A stretch of 55,036 bases of DNA from Candidatus Hadarchaeota archaeon (GCA_964632175.1 CAZWBJ010000006.1:1-55036), one strand, 5' to 3'; shown: positions 1 through 9,005, numbered from the stretch's first letter. The notes: generated from the letters alone by a model not told the origin. Translations and numbers: made by a program.

Positions 1-246
1 GGTGAGTATGGAGAAGAAGGCCGAGAGGGAATCCATGTATACTTCAAAGTTCAGGCCGAGTTCCTTGGCCCAGGAATAAACCCGGTGGACGTTCTCCCCC
101 CCGAGCACTGGAAGGGAAGCCCAGACGAGGGAGAGCAGGGTGAGGAAGAGCACGGATGCGGTGAAATGCGGTTTATATTTTCCTGTGAGGGGAACGAGGA
201 AGGCCCCAACGAGCGGCAGAAAAGATAGGAGTACAGGATCGATCAT
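1..246 (-). CDS. MrpA/D (NuoL/M/N-like) antiporter subunit, N-terminal part only (runs off window)
   Basis: Not in ORF track. Hand translation from ATG at 246: MIDPVLLSFLPLVGAFLVPLTGK...VHRVYSWAKELGLNFEVYMDSLSAFFSILT. ATGA overlap with the stop of the mnhG-like gene. Confidence 0.8.
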   Translation of the reverse strand, partial: MIDPVLLSFLPLVGAFLVPLTGKYKPHFTASVLFLTLLSLVWASLPVLGGENVHRVYSWAKELGLNFEVYMDSLSAFFSILT

Positions 247-581
247 TTTCTAAACCTTTTCGCGAAAGGCGAGTACTCATCCACCACACTTTTTTCCCAC
301 TGCTTCACCCCCCAGAGATATCCTGCTCTTCCTATAGCGTGGGAGGCGACCGGGGCTGTCAGAAGGGTGAAAACAATTATGAGGAGGGCTTTAGCAGACA
401 GGGGGGAAGGTATGCTGGCTATCATCACCCCGAAGGCGATGCTCAACATCCCCAAGGTACAGAGGGTGCTCGCCTGAATTCTTGTATAAAGGTCGGGAAA
501 TCTTACGATACCGAGCGCCCCGATCAGGGATAGGAATCCGCCGAGAACCATGAAAAATTGGGAAAAGATCTCAACCAGCAA
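243..581 (-). CDS. mnhG: Mrp/Mnh subunit G (MbhC-like)
   Basis: IGALGIVRFPDLYTRIQAST and TAPVASHAIGRA motifs. Likely TTG start at 581 after GGAGGGGAGG. Confidence 0.88.
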   Translation of the reverse strand: MLVEIFSQFFMVLGGFLSLIGALGIVRFPDLYTRIQASTLCTLGMLSIAFGVMIASIPSPLSAKALLIIVFTLLTAPVASHAIGRAGYLWGVKQWEKSVVDEYSPFAKRFRK

Positions 582-837
582 TTTTGATCCTCCCCTCCAG
601 ATATCTGCAAACCATGAGCACGCTAACGATGGCCAACAGCACAAGCGGGATGGCAACGTCTATAAAGAGCTCATGAACGTACCTCGCCAGCATCAAGAGC
701 ATTCCCACTCCCAGCGTTCCGAGCACGTTGAGAGCGAGTAGCATGTCCCCCGGCGAGGGTCCTCTGAGCAGTCTCCAAACCACAAGGGCGAAGGAGACCG
801 AAAGCAGGCCCATCACGAGAGGATATACCTCTATCAT
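571..837 (-). CDS. mnhF: Mrp/Mnh subunit F (MbhB-like)
   Basis: 88 aa hydrophobic protein with RLLRGPSPGDMLLALN and FIDVAI motifs. Confidence 0.88.
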   Translation of the reverse strand: MIEVYPLVMGLLSVSFALVVWRLLRGPSPGDMLLALNVLGTLGVGMLLMLARYVHELFIDVAIPLVLLAIVSVLMVCRYLEGRIKIAG

Positions 838-1331
838 TCTATCCTCCTCAAGAGTTGCTCGAATTTACCCGAAACCGCCCTGACGATGGATTCTCTCTCC
901 TTCTCTGTCACGTTGACCCAGTGTACGTACAGGTCGCGCCCGCGCTCGTCTACGTCCACAACGAACGTCCCTGGAGTCATGGTGATGGTGTTAGATAGTA
1001 TCATTATTGCCCACTCTTTCCTCAGAAGGGTGGGGACCCTTACCATTCCCGGCCTTATCCTCAACCGAGGTCGGAGAATTTCAAGGGTAAGGACGACCGA
1101 GGCTTTGATTGCCGCCGCGCAGTAGAGGAGGAAATAGACAAACATGGATGCCCAGATCTTCGGGTTGAGCGGATCCCTTCCCGTGCCCCTAACCGAGAAT
1201 TCGCTCCAAAGTGTCGCTCCGACCAAGGAGATGAGTGCCGAGGCTATCAGGATCTGAAGGTCCAAGGAGAAGAACAGGAGCAGACAAGTCAGGAATAAGC
1301 AGAGGAAAACTGCGGCGAATCTTGCACTCAT
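834..1331 (-). CDS. mnhE: Mrp/Mnh subunit E (MbhA-like)
   Basis: IRPGMVRVP, LSNTITMTPGTFVVDVD, LYVHWV motifs. Confidence 0.9.
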   Translation of the reverse strand: MSARFAAVFLCLFLTCLLLFFSLDLQILIASALISLVGATLWSEFSVRGTGRDPLNPKIWASMFVYFLLYCAAAIKASVVLTLEILRPRLRIRPGMVRVPTLLRKEWAIMILSNTITMTPGTFVVDVDERGRDLYVHWVNVTEKERESIVRAVSGKFEQLLRRIE

Positions 1332-2815
1332 GGACCCACCCCCAACACTGTTTGCGTGTACAAGGTCCTACTGAGCATCTGCTCCGCCGCTTTTTGTGTG
1401 AAATCCAGGGGCATGCCGGGGAAAATCCCGATGAGAAGCGTAAGAACGCACAGGGCGACCACGGGGGCTAGCATGAGCTTCGGAATTCCGGCCGTGCGAG
1501 GGGTGCCCCTCCCAAGGAAGATGAGTTTGAAGGCTCTCAGGTAGATCGCCAGGAAGAGAAGGCTGGTACCTATGGCGATGGCGAGCGGGAGGTACATGCC
1601 GGATTCGTAAAGCCCTATGTATATGAGGAGCTTGCTCCAAAAGCCGTTAAGAGGAGGGACACCGGACACTGCCAGCCCCCCCAGCAGAAAGGCGGTTGCT
1701 TCGATCGGTGCCTCTCCCATCAGCCCACCCATTTTTCTCATGTCCCTCGTTCCCAATCTGTGGATCAAACAGCCTGCGACCAGGAAGAGCATGGCCTTCG
1801 CGAGAGCATGGTTGATCACGTGGAAAGTTGACCCCTGAATCCCCATCGTAGTCCCCGAGCCGATCCCGGCAAGGATGAATCCCATGGAACCGATGGTGGA
1901 GTAGGCAAGGAGCCTTTTTATATCCGTTTGGACCAGAGCAAGGAAGGCGCCAGTCAGCATGGTCAGGAGCCCCAAAGCCACGAGCAGCGGACCGAGCACT
2001 TTTGAAAATGTCAGCCCATAAACCGTGCAAACGATCCTGGCCATGCTGTACGCACTGACCTTGACGACTAGGCCGGAGAGCACGGCACTCATGGGCGATG
2101 GTGCGGCGGGGTGGGCATCTGGGAGCCAGGTGTGCAGGGGGGCCACCGCGGAGTTGACCAAGAGCCCCGCCATTATGCATATTAGGGCATAGGAAAGCAC
2201 GACGGAGTTTGCGGTTCCAGCTTGGATGATCCTCCCCGCGTCTGCCATGTTCAGGGTTCCGGTGGAGTTGTAGAGGAAGCCCACACCCAGCAGGAAGAAG
2301 GACATCCCGACCATGCTCAAAAACGCGTACTTGAGGCCTGCCCTTAGCTCAGTCGAACCGCATCGAAAGGCCACCAAGGGGTAGGAGCAGATGGAGACGA
2401 TCTCCAAGAAGACATACATGTTAAAAACGTCCCCCGTCACAACCACCCCGTTCATCCCTGCCACGAGGAACATGAAAAGGGAGTCATACAAATGAACTCC
2501 TGTTTCCCCTTTCAGGTAGGAAATGGAATAAACGACACAGAGAAGGGAGACAAACGAGATGACGAGGAGCAGCAGTGCGCTCATGGTGTCAACTGCCAGA
2601 CAAATTCCGGTGGGCGGAGGCCAGCCACCCAGCCTGTACGAAAGGACCTCCCCCCCGAAAGTGATGCGCAGGATGATCGACGCAATTCCAATCAACAGAA
2701 GCGAGGAGCCGATGGAAATCCCATATCTCAGCCTGTCGGAAAACTTCCCGATCAGTGCGTTGAGCGCACCAGCGAAAAGGGGGATAACCACCGGTAGAAC
2801 GAGAAGCTCACTCAT
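1328..2815 (-). CDS. mnhD: Mrp/Mnh subunit D (MbhH-like) proton-translocating antiporter subunit
   Basis: 495 aa polytopic protein with GDVFNMYVFLEI, PLHTWLPDAHPAAPSPMSA, DIKRLLAYST, NHALAKAMLFL, PPLNGFWSK. Confidence 0.92.
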   Translation of the reverse strand: MSELLVLPVVIPLFAGALNALIGKFSDRLRYGISIGSSLLLIGIASIILRITFGGEVLSYRLGGWPPPTGICLAVDTMSALLLLVISFVSLLCVVYSISYLKGETGVHLYDSLFMFLVAGMNGVVVTGDVFNMYVFLEIVSICSYPLVAFRCGSTELRAGLKYAFLSMVGMSFFLLGVGFLYNSTGTLNMADAGRIIQAGTANSVVLSYALICIMAGLLVNSAVAPLHTWLPDAHPAAPSPMSAVLSGLVVKVSAYSMARIVCTVYGLTFSKVLGPLLVALGLLTMLTGAFLALVQTDIKRLLAYSTIGSMGFILAGIGSGTTMGIQGSTFHVINHALAKAMLFLVAGCLIHRLGTRDMRKMGGLMGEAPIEATAFLLGGLAVSGVPPLNGFWSKLLIYIGLYESGMYLPLAIAIGTSLLFLAIYLRAFKLIFLGRGTPRTAGIPKLMLAPVVALCVLTLLIGIFPGMPLDFTQKAAEQMLSRTLYTQTVLGVGP

Positions 2816-3158
2816 TTATTGACGTCGCCACCAAATTTCCATCTGTGCTCTTCTCAATCTGGAACAACCGAATCACCATGCAGATCATCAGCATCACGAT
2901 GGCAAACTCAATGACGATAGCCGTCAGGATGAGGGCCTGCACGAGCGGGTCGACCGCTACTACGATCGGGTGGCCGGCCGTTTCGATGGGAACCGAGCCC
3001 CCCTCCACGAAGCCCAAGAGCACCAAGAAGATGTTGGTGGAGTACCCGATGAGGCAGATGCCGAAAATCATCTTGAAGAGGTCTTTCTTCACGAGGATGC
3101 CGTACACCCCGAGGGCAAAGAAGATTATTCCGAACAGGAAGGGATAGTTTGCCGTCAT
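2808..3158 (-). CDS. mnhC: Mrp/Mnh subunit C (MbhG-like)
   Basis: DPLVQALILTAIVI motif. Start trimmed to MTANY (ATGA overlap with the upstream gene). Confidence 0.9.
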   Translation of the reverse strand: MTANYPFLFGIIFFALGVYGILVKKDLFKMIFGICLIGYSTNIFLVLLGFVEGGSVPIETAGHPIVVAVDPLVQALILTAIVIEFAIVMLMICMVIRLFQIEKSTDGNLVATSINE

Positions 3159-3574
3159 TCTCCCCCGGGCCTCCTTTCGAAAAGGTAATATACTATAAGA
3201 GAGGTCTCGTAACCGACTATGACTCCTATGCAAACGTACAGCGGAACTATCAGTCCCGCCATGCTAAATGGGCCGCCGACCTTGGGTGGGAAGTTTCTCA
3301 GGAAGAATCCGGTGATTAGTAGCCCCATCGTGCCGAGCGCAAGGAGACAGAGGAGACCCAGCACTCTCCCTATGTGGGCGGTGGTTGGATTGATCCTTTC
3401 CTCGGAGATTCCGACCTCGAAAGCGGAGGTGAGGAGGGCAACGATCAGTCCCACCACGACCCCTCCGGCGAATCCCCCTCCTGGGGAGAGGTGCCCTGTC
3501 AACACAAGACAGATGGCGTAGGCGAAGGCGGGGATTGCAATCCACCTGGCGGCAGTCCTACTTATCAAAGACAT
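3155..3574 (-). CDS. mnhB: Mrp/Mnh subunit B (MbhF-like)
   Basis: GHLSPGGGFAGG signature. Confidence 0.9.
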   Translation of the reverse strand: MSLISRTAARWIAIPAFAYAICLVLTGHLSPGGGFAGGVVVGLIVALLTSAFEVGISEERINPTTAHIGRVLGLLCLLALGTMGLLITGFFLRNFPPKVGGPFSMAGLIVPLYVCIGVIVGYETSLIVYYLFERRPGGE

Positions 3575-4101
3575 TCCGAAACCCTCCTTTTCGGCAACTT
3601 CCGGAGAACCACAGAGATGCCGAGAACGGCCGTGAAAAGAACGACAACCTCTCCCAGTGTATCGTAGCCGCGGTAGTCTAGGACCACGCTTGTAACGAGG
3701 CTTTTAGACCCCGTCTCCCCTATCCCGTTCTCAACATAGTGGCCGTAGACCTTGGGGGAAAAACCGGGATGCCCAAAGGGAGTCATGAGGGGGACGACAA
3801 CTAGGAAGAGTATGAACGAGAACCCTAGGAGGGCACCAAGGGCAAGGGTGGTGCGAGGGGATTCCGGCTCTGTAGATCTGCGGTGGGTTCTGGCTATGGC
3901 CACCACCAATACTGCCGTCATGAGCGTTTCAACGAGGAACTGAACTAGGGCAAGGTCGGGTGCCATCCAGAGGGCGAAGAGGATGCCGACAAGGAAGCCG
4001 GAGGCCCCTAGGGCGAGGGCGGCAGCGAGCAGATCCCTCAATTCCAGTGCAGCGATGGCGCACACCGTCGAAAGTACAAAGATGGGGAGGAAAAGCTCCA
4101 T
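3565..4101 (-). CDS. MbhD/E-like fused subunit (DUF4040 + MnhB N-terminal domain)
   Basis: APDLALVQFLV and VTSVVLDYRGYDTLGEVVVLF motifs. Confidence 0.85.
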   Translation of the reverse strand: MELFLPIFVLSTVCAIAALELRDLLAAALALGASGFLVGILFALWMAPDLALVQFLVETLMTAVLVVAIARTHRRSTEPESPRTTLALGALLGFSFILFLVVVPLMTPFGHPGFSPKVYGHYVENGIGETGSKSLVTSVVLDYRGYDTLGEVVVLFTAVLGISVVLRKLPKRRVSECL

Positions 4102-4102
4102 T

Positions 4103-4540
4103 CTATTTCAGGAGGGAGAGGGCCTTGACCACCCCATCAATTATTGCCTGGGGTCTTGGGGGGCACCCGGCGACATAGACATCCACAGGTATGACCTTGT
4201 CTAGAGGACCCGCGAAATGATACCCCTCCCTGAAAATCCCCCCAGAGACCGCGCAAGTCCCAACCGCTATCACTGCCTTGGGGTCTGGGGTCTGCTCATA
4301 GATTCTTCTGACTCTCGGGGCTGTCTGCTTGTTTACGGGTCCCGTGACCAGCAGGACATCAGCGTGTCTTGGGCTTCCCTGGAGCAGGATTCCGAACCTC
4401 TCCACGTCGAACCTGGGGGTGAGGGCGTCCACGATCTCTATGTCGCAGTTGTTGCAGGACCCGGTGTTGACATGGAAGACCCAAGGGGATTTCTTCAACC
4501 CCCAGAGGGCGAGCCTTCGGACTAGAGGGTTTGGCATCAC
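4103..4540 (-). CDS. Group 4 [NiFe] hydrogenase small subunit (MbhJ/NuoB-like)
   Basis: GSCNNCDIE, SPRHADVLLVTG, AVGTCAVSGG and GCPPRP [4Fe-4S] ligand motifs. Confidence 0.92.
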   Translation of the reverse strand: MMPNPLVRRLALWGLKKSPWVFHVNTGSCNNCDIEIVDALTPRFDVERFGILLQGSPRHADVLLVTGPVNKQTAPRVRRIYEQTPDPKAVIAVGTCAVSGGIFREGYHFAGPLDKVIPVDVYVAGCPPRPQAIIDGVVKALSLLK

Positions 4541-4636
4541 ATTTATCCCTCGATTTTAAAAAGGGGTTAGGTCCCTGGATGAGCAATTACCTTGCAGAGA
4601 AGAGGGCGACCCGGCGATTCTTACCTTCAGTCACTT

Positions 4637-6913
4637 TCAGGAATGCGTGTGGACCCTTGTGAGTTCCGCGGCGGCGAGGAGAGCCTGTCCGACCGAGATT
4701 CCACCGTCGCCCGGTGGCACGCTTTCGTGCATCCAGAAGCGCAGGCCATTCCTTTCCACCTCCTCCCTTGCAGCTCGGGTGAGGAAATCGTTGTAGAAAG
4801 CGCCCCCAGATACCCCGATATTCTTTATCCCCCTCTCTAGCGCCTGTTCAACGGCCAAGCTCGCAAGGGCTTTCCCGAGCACGGTTTGGAACCAAGCCGC
4901 CAAGTGTCTCTTCCCGATTCTACTCCGAATGCCATCGAGCAGGGAAAGAAGCAGGGCGGAGGTGTCCACCAAATGGCCCCGCACGAATTTGGAGGGCTCG
5001 TCGGGCAGGCAGCGGGGATCCCCACCCCGGGCCGCCGCCTCCAGCTTCATCGCCGGCTCCCCTTCGTAGGTCCTGAGGTCGCAGATTCCTAGGAGGCAGG
5101 AGGCCGCATCCAGAACCCTCCCGCAGCTTGAAGTGAGGGGCGTGTTGAGGCCGGTTTCGAGCTGGCGGAAGATCATTTCAATCTCCTCGCTTGACAGCCC
5201 ACAGCTGGCCAAAATTTCCTCCAACCCGTCGGCGCCCCAGAGGATTCCAGCCACCATTCTAGCCGGGCGAAGGGTCGCGAGGTCTCCACCGGGCATGGGC
5301 TTGGGTTCCAGCCAGGCGAGCCTTTCGTGTCTCCCCTCCTCCAGTAGCAGAACTTCCCCTCCCCACACCGTCCCATCCTCCCCATACCCCACCCCGTCGG
5401 CCGCTATCCCCACCAAGCTATCCAACCCCTTCTCCGCCATCAGCCCCGCGAGATGCGCCGCGTGGTGCTGCACCCTCACCAGCCTGCACCCGAGCTCACC
5501 AGCAAGCCTCTCCGCCTCAAGGGTTGAGAGGAGCTGGGGATGGAGGTCGCAGGCCACGGCGTCAAAGCTCTCGACCCTCAGAAGCCTCCTCCACTTTCCC
5601 ATGGCCTCCCTCAGGTACAGAAGGACCTCATACTTGTTGAGGTCGCCTATGTGTTGGCTGGTGAAGCAGTAACCGCCCTTAACGATCGAAAAGGTCAAAT
5701 TCAGCTCCGCACCGAGGGCCAGAATTCTCAGGTCTTTGTTTGCGTTGAGTTTGAGGGGAACCGGAACATATCCGCGAGATCTCCTGAGGAAAACGGGTTT
5801 CCCGTCCGTCAGCCTGATCACCGAGTCGTCGCACCTGTTCTCTATTTTCCGATTGTGTAGGAGGAAGTAGTCCGCCTTCAACCTGAGGGCATCCGAGTTC
5901 CGAATGGCCATGGGAAGGCCGGGCAGGTTTCCGCTCGTCATGACGTACGCGGGATCCTTTCCGTAGCCCAGCAAGAGGAAGTGCAGGGGGGAGTATGGGA
6001 GCATGACCCCTATTGTGTCAAGGCCGGGGGAGAGGAGTGGGGAGAGGAAAAAGCTGGAGGATTTTTTGAGGCAGACTATCGGTTTGGCGCGGGAGAGCAG
6101 GAGTTTTTCCTCGACCTCCCCCACCTCGGCGAACTCCCTAACCTTCTCTAGGTTGGGGGACATGACGGCGAAGGGTTGCTGGGGTCTATGGTAAAGTTCC
6201 CTCAGCCTCCTGATGGGTTCGTCCTCCGTGGTTTTCACTGCTAGATGAGTCCCCCCGATTCCCTTCACTGCCAGTATGTGCCCCTCGTCCAGGAGCTTCG
6301 CGGCCTCGGCCAGGGGGTTCTCAACTGGGAGGGGTGTTCCATCGGGCAGAAAGAGTCTGACCACGGGACCGCAGGAAGGGCAACACACGGGCTCGGCCCT
6401 GAACCTCCTGTCGGTGGGGTTCAGATACTCCTCCTTGCACCTCTCGCAGAGAGGGAACTCGCGCATGGTGGTGAGCTCCCTGTCGTAGGGAAGGCCGAGC
6501 AGGATGGTGAACCTGGGCCCGCAGTTCATGCAGGTGATGAAGGGATGGAGATACCTTCTGTTGGAGGGATCTTTCAGCTCTCGCAGGCACTCGGGACAGA
6601 CATCTAGGTCGGGCGGTGGGGGGGAGAGAGATCCCCCGCTCTCGGAGCTTTCGAGGACACGGAAGTCAGTGCGCTGCTCTGGTGTGGCTTCCTCCACTTC
6701 CACCCCCCAGACCTGGATGGGCGGGGGGAGATTCCTGAGCCCTTCGATGAACTCCTCCACTTTTTCCCCTTCCACGAAGATCTCCACGCTCGCATCCCCC
6801 AGATTTCTGACATAACCGGCCAGGTCCAGCTCCTTCGCGAGCCGGTAGCAGGCCGGTCTGAAACCAACTCCCTGGACTATCCCTCTGACTAAGAGCCTTG
6901 TCGCCCGCCTCAC
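4637..6913 (-). CDS. hypF: Carbamoyltransferase HypF
   Basis: Acylphosphatase GIVQGVGFRP, two Zn fingers (CPEC/CMNC, CERC/CPSC), DLHP, QHHAAH, DGVGYG, PPGDGGISVGQ. GTG start at 6913 overlaps the idsA stop. Confidence 0.96.
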   Translation of the reverse strand: MRRATRLLVRGIVQGVGFRPACYRLAKELDLAGYVRNLGDASVEIFVEGEKVEEFIEGLRNLPPPIQVWGVEVEEATPEQRTDFRVLESSESGGSLSPPPPDLDVCPECLRELKDPSNRRYLHPFITCMNCGPRFTILLGLPYDRELTTMREFPLCERCKEEYLNPTDRRFRAEPVCCPSCGPVVRLFLPDGTPLPVENPLAEAAKLLDEGHILAVKGIGGTHLAVKTTEDEPIRRLRELYHRPQQPFAVMSPNLEKVREFAEVGEVEEKLLLSRAKPIVCLKKSSSFFLSPLLSPGLDTIGVMLPYSPLHFLLLGYGKDPAYVMTSGNLPGLPMAIRNSDALRLKADYFLLHNRKIENRCDDSVIRLTDGKPVFLRRSRGYVPVPLKLNANKDLRILALGAELNLTFSIVKGGYCFTSQHIGDLNKYEVLLYLREAMGKWRRLLRVESFDAVACDLHPQLLSTLEAERLAGELGCRLVRVQHHAAHLAGLMAEKGLDSLVGIAADGVGYGEDGTVWGGEVLLLEEGRHERLAWLEPKPMPGGDLATLRPARMVAGILWGADGLEEILASCGLSSEEIEMIFRQLETGLNTPLTSSCGRVLDAASCLLGICDLRTYEGEPAMKLEAAARGGDPRCLPDEPSKFVRGHLVDTSALLLSLLDGIRSRIGKRHLAAWFQTVLGKALASLAVEQALERGIKNIGVSGGAFYNDFLTRAAREEVERNGLRFWMHESVPPGDGGISVGQALLAAAELTRVHTHS

Positions 6914-7851
6914 TTTTCTCTGGCCACCGCGTGTTCTACGAGGGAAAGCAGGACGCTCTTTCCCCTGCCCTCCCTGAGACCGGAGAGCGAGCGTTTGGCC
7001 CTCTCCGCGAAATCCTTGGCAATTTCGGTGCACTCCTCCAAGATTCCCGCCCGTTCCATATGCTTCTTTATTTCCTCAATCTCGGACGCCGTCAGATCCC
7101 TCTTGCCGATTTTTAAGAAAACGCCCCCTGCCTTGACCGCCTTGAGTATGGGCAGGCTAGGCTTGCCCAGCCTTATGTCGGAATCCGTTGATTTTCCGAC
7201 CTGACCGATAATCCCCAGACTCAGAACATCATCCCTTATCTGGAAGGAGATCCCGAGCAACCTGCCGTATTTTGAGAGCGCCTTCACCTCCTCGGGCTTC
7301 CCCTCCCCCATCATCGCACCGATTTGCACGGCGGCCGCCATAAGAGAGCCTGTTTTTTTCTCCACCATTTTCAGGTATTCTGCCTCGGTAACGGAGGAAA
7401 GCCTTCGGGACATCAGAACATCCATGGCTTGCCCCTCGCACACCTCCTGGATGGAGGAGGCTAAAATGGTTGAGGCAGGGGAGCCCGAACCCAGCATTTC
7501 GAAGGCTCGGGCGAGGAGAAAATCCCCAGCCGTTATGGCTATGGGTATCCCCCAAACCGTGTGGACGGTCTTGAGCCCCCTCCTCTCCTCCGATTCATCC
7601 ATGATATCATCGTGGATGAGAGTGAAGAGGTGAACGATCTCGACCGCAGCAGCGGCCCTCAGGGCCCTTAGGGGTTTGCCCCCCACCGCTTCACACGAGG
7701 CCAAGACCAGCAGGGGTCTGAGGAGCTTGCCCCCCTTCGTCAAATGTAGGCATGCCTCCTTGAGCTCCGGCGGCTGGATGCGGGACAGGCCTTTGGAGAT
7801 TTCCTCCCTTATCCTCCTCTCATATCTTGAGAGGTATTCCTGGACATCCAT
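6910..7851 (-). CDS. idsA: Short-chain polyprenyl (geranylgeranyl) diphosphate synthase
   Basis: GGKLLRP, FTLIHDDIMD (first Asp-rich motif), RRG, GQAMD, KKTG, FQIRDD. Confidence 0.9.
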   Translation of the reverse strand: MDVQEYLSRYERRIREEISKGLSRIQPPELKEACLHLTKGGKLLRPLLVLASCEAVGGKPLRALRAAAAVEIVHLFTLIHDDIMDESEERRGLKTVHTVWGIPIAITAGDFLLARAFEMLGSGSPASTILASSIQEVCEGQAMDVLMSRRLSSVTEAEYLKMVEKKTGSLMAAAVQIGAMMGEGKPEEVKALSKYGRLLGISFQIRDDVLSLGIIGQVGKSTDSDIRLGKPSLPILKAVKAGGVFLKIGKRDLTASEIEEIKKHMERAGILEECTEIAKDFAERAKRSLSGLREGRGKSVLLSLVEHAVAREK

Positions 7852-7897
7852 TCCTCCCTCGGCTTTCAATTCTAATAATCGGGAAGTCTTTCTTTGG

Positions 7898-8296
7898 ATG
7901 GCCCTTACTAGGATAAGCCTGACCCTACCGGAGGAGCTCCTGAAGCAGCTTGATTCTTACCTGAGCCGCACCGGGTATCCCAGCAGGTCAGAAGCGGTCA
8001 GGGATGCTCTTCTGGCGTTTCTCTCCGAGCAGAGGGAGCTGAGAAGCATGAGAGGCGAGGGTGTGGGGGTACTCGTACTCGTCTATGATCACGAAACGCG
8101 GGGACTGGTTGACCAGCTGATAGACCTTCAGCATGAGTGCAGGGAGCTGATAATCTCGAGCCAGCATGTGCATTTGGATGCTAGAACGTGCCTAGAGATC
8201 TTGGTTCTGAGAGGACGGGGCGAGAAGATTGCGCAGAGCGTTGAAAGGCTGGGTTCACTGAGAGGGGTGAAAATGGCTAGGCTGGTTAAGATTTAG
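7898..8296 (+). CDS. nikR: Nickel-responsive transcriptional regulator NikR
   Basis: RHH N-terminus RISLTLPEELL...SRSEAVRDA; Ni ligands in LQHE...SQHVHLDARTCLE. Start at ATG 7898. Confidence 0.95.
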   Translation: MALTRISLTLPEELLKQLDSYLSRTGYPSRSEAVRDALLAFLSEQRELRSMRGEGVGVLVLVYDHETRGLVDQLIDLQHECRELIISSQHVHLDARTCLEILVLRGRGEKIAQSVERLGSLRGVKMARLVKI

Positions 8297-8308
8297 CCAC
8301 TATCGGGA

Positions 8309-8338
8309 GGTAATATTTAAATAGGAAAAAGTAATACC
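8309..8338. promoter_or_regulatory. Putative NikR operator overlapping a TATA box
   Basis: GGTAATA-N16-TAATACC imperfect inverted repeat with the same 6-16-6 geometry as the E. coli NikR site GTATGA-N16-TCATAC. The spacer contains TTTAAATA (8316-8323). Confidence 0.75.
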
Positions 8339-8341
8339 AAA

Positions 8342-8680
8342 ATGGCATGCTTTCTCGTTCCCATGGGTCTCGCCCTTGTGACTACCGCCCTGAGGAAGAG
8401 GTTCCCCGAGAACCTGCAGATAAGTTGGCTGAACGCCCTCCTTTGGGGTGCAGTGCTCATGCTGGCGGTGGAACACCTAGCGCACGGAGAGGTCGTGCCC
8501 TATCCTCCCTTTCTTACCAAGGGGATCTCTGAGGTGTTGCCCGAGATGCTCCAGGTGGGGTTCCCGATGACGCTTTCGATGGTGGGAGTATGGGGGGGCA
8601 TGCTCGCGGTCGACCGCCGCTTCAGAATAACAGATAGGATAAGGGCAATAGGCCCTCGGACAGGTGTTATCGGGCGCTGA
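8342..8680 (+). CDS. Small membrane protein A of unknown function (candidate Ni uptake)
   Basis: 112 aa, about 3 hydrophobic segments, N-terminal MACF, WGAVLMLAVEHLAHGE motif. Confidence 0.75.
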   Translation: MACFLVPMGLALVTTALRKRFPENLQISWLNALLWGAVLMLAVEHLAHGEVVPYPPFLTKGISEVLPEMLQVGFPMTLSMVGVWGGMLAVDRRFRITDRIRAIGPRTGVIGR

Positions 8681-8949
8681 TGTGGCTCATAACAACTCTG
8701 GGGCTGGCGGTCGTCGCATCTCTCGCCACTATTGTCTTCAGGTGGAGATATCGTCTTTCACTGTTGGCTCTCATGTTTTGGGGCGCCACGGTCGCGATTT
8801 TTGTGGATCATCTAATTGGGTGGTGGGAGGAGGGTGGCAGTTTCCTTCAGGCTCGGACGGAGGGATGGGTTGGGAGCGGGCCCCTCCTTGGCCTCCTCAT
8901 GGCCGTCCCAGTCTTGGTTGTGTGGATCGCTCTTGTGATCCGGCGGTAG
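8680..8949 (+). CDS. Small membrane protein B of unknown function, paralog of A
   Basis: 89 aa, about 3 TM segments, WGATVAIFVDHL motif, TGATG coupling to gene A. Confidence 0.75.
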   Translation: MWLITTLGLAVVASLATIVFRWRYRLSLLALMFWGATVAIFVDHLIGWWEEGGSFLQARTEGWVGSGPLLGLLMAVPVLVVWIALVIRR

Positions 8950-9005
8950 CAGCTCAAGCCCATCTCTAACTGATATTTCCCCCCAAGCGATGACTTGAGA
9001 ATCGG

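Noticed and set aside
4541-4636. TTACCTT direct repeat upstream of the hydrogenase operon
   Set aside because: Only two 7-mers, with no match to a regulator motif I can name.
6914-7033. N-terminal extensions in the ORF track (hypF, nikR, hypD, rpl3, aIF2a, aroC, DUF429)
   Set aside because: Extensions overlap neighbouring genes and lack family features; better starts with SD or stop-start coupling exist downstream.
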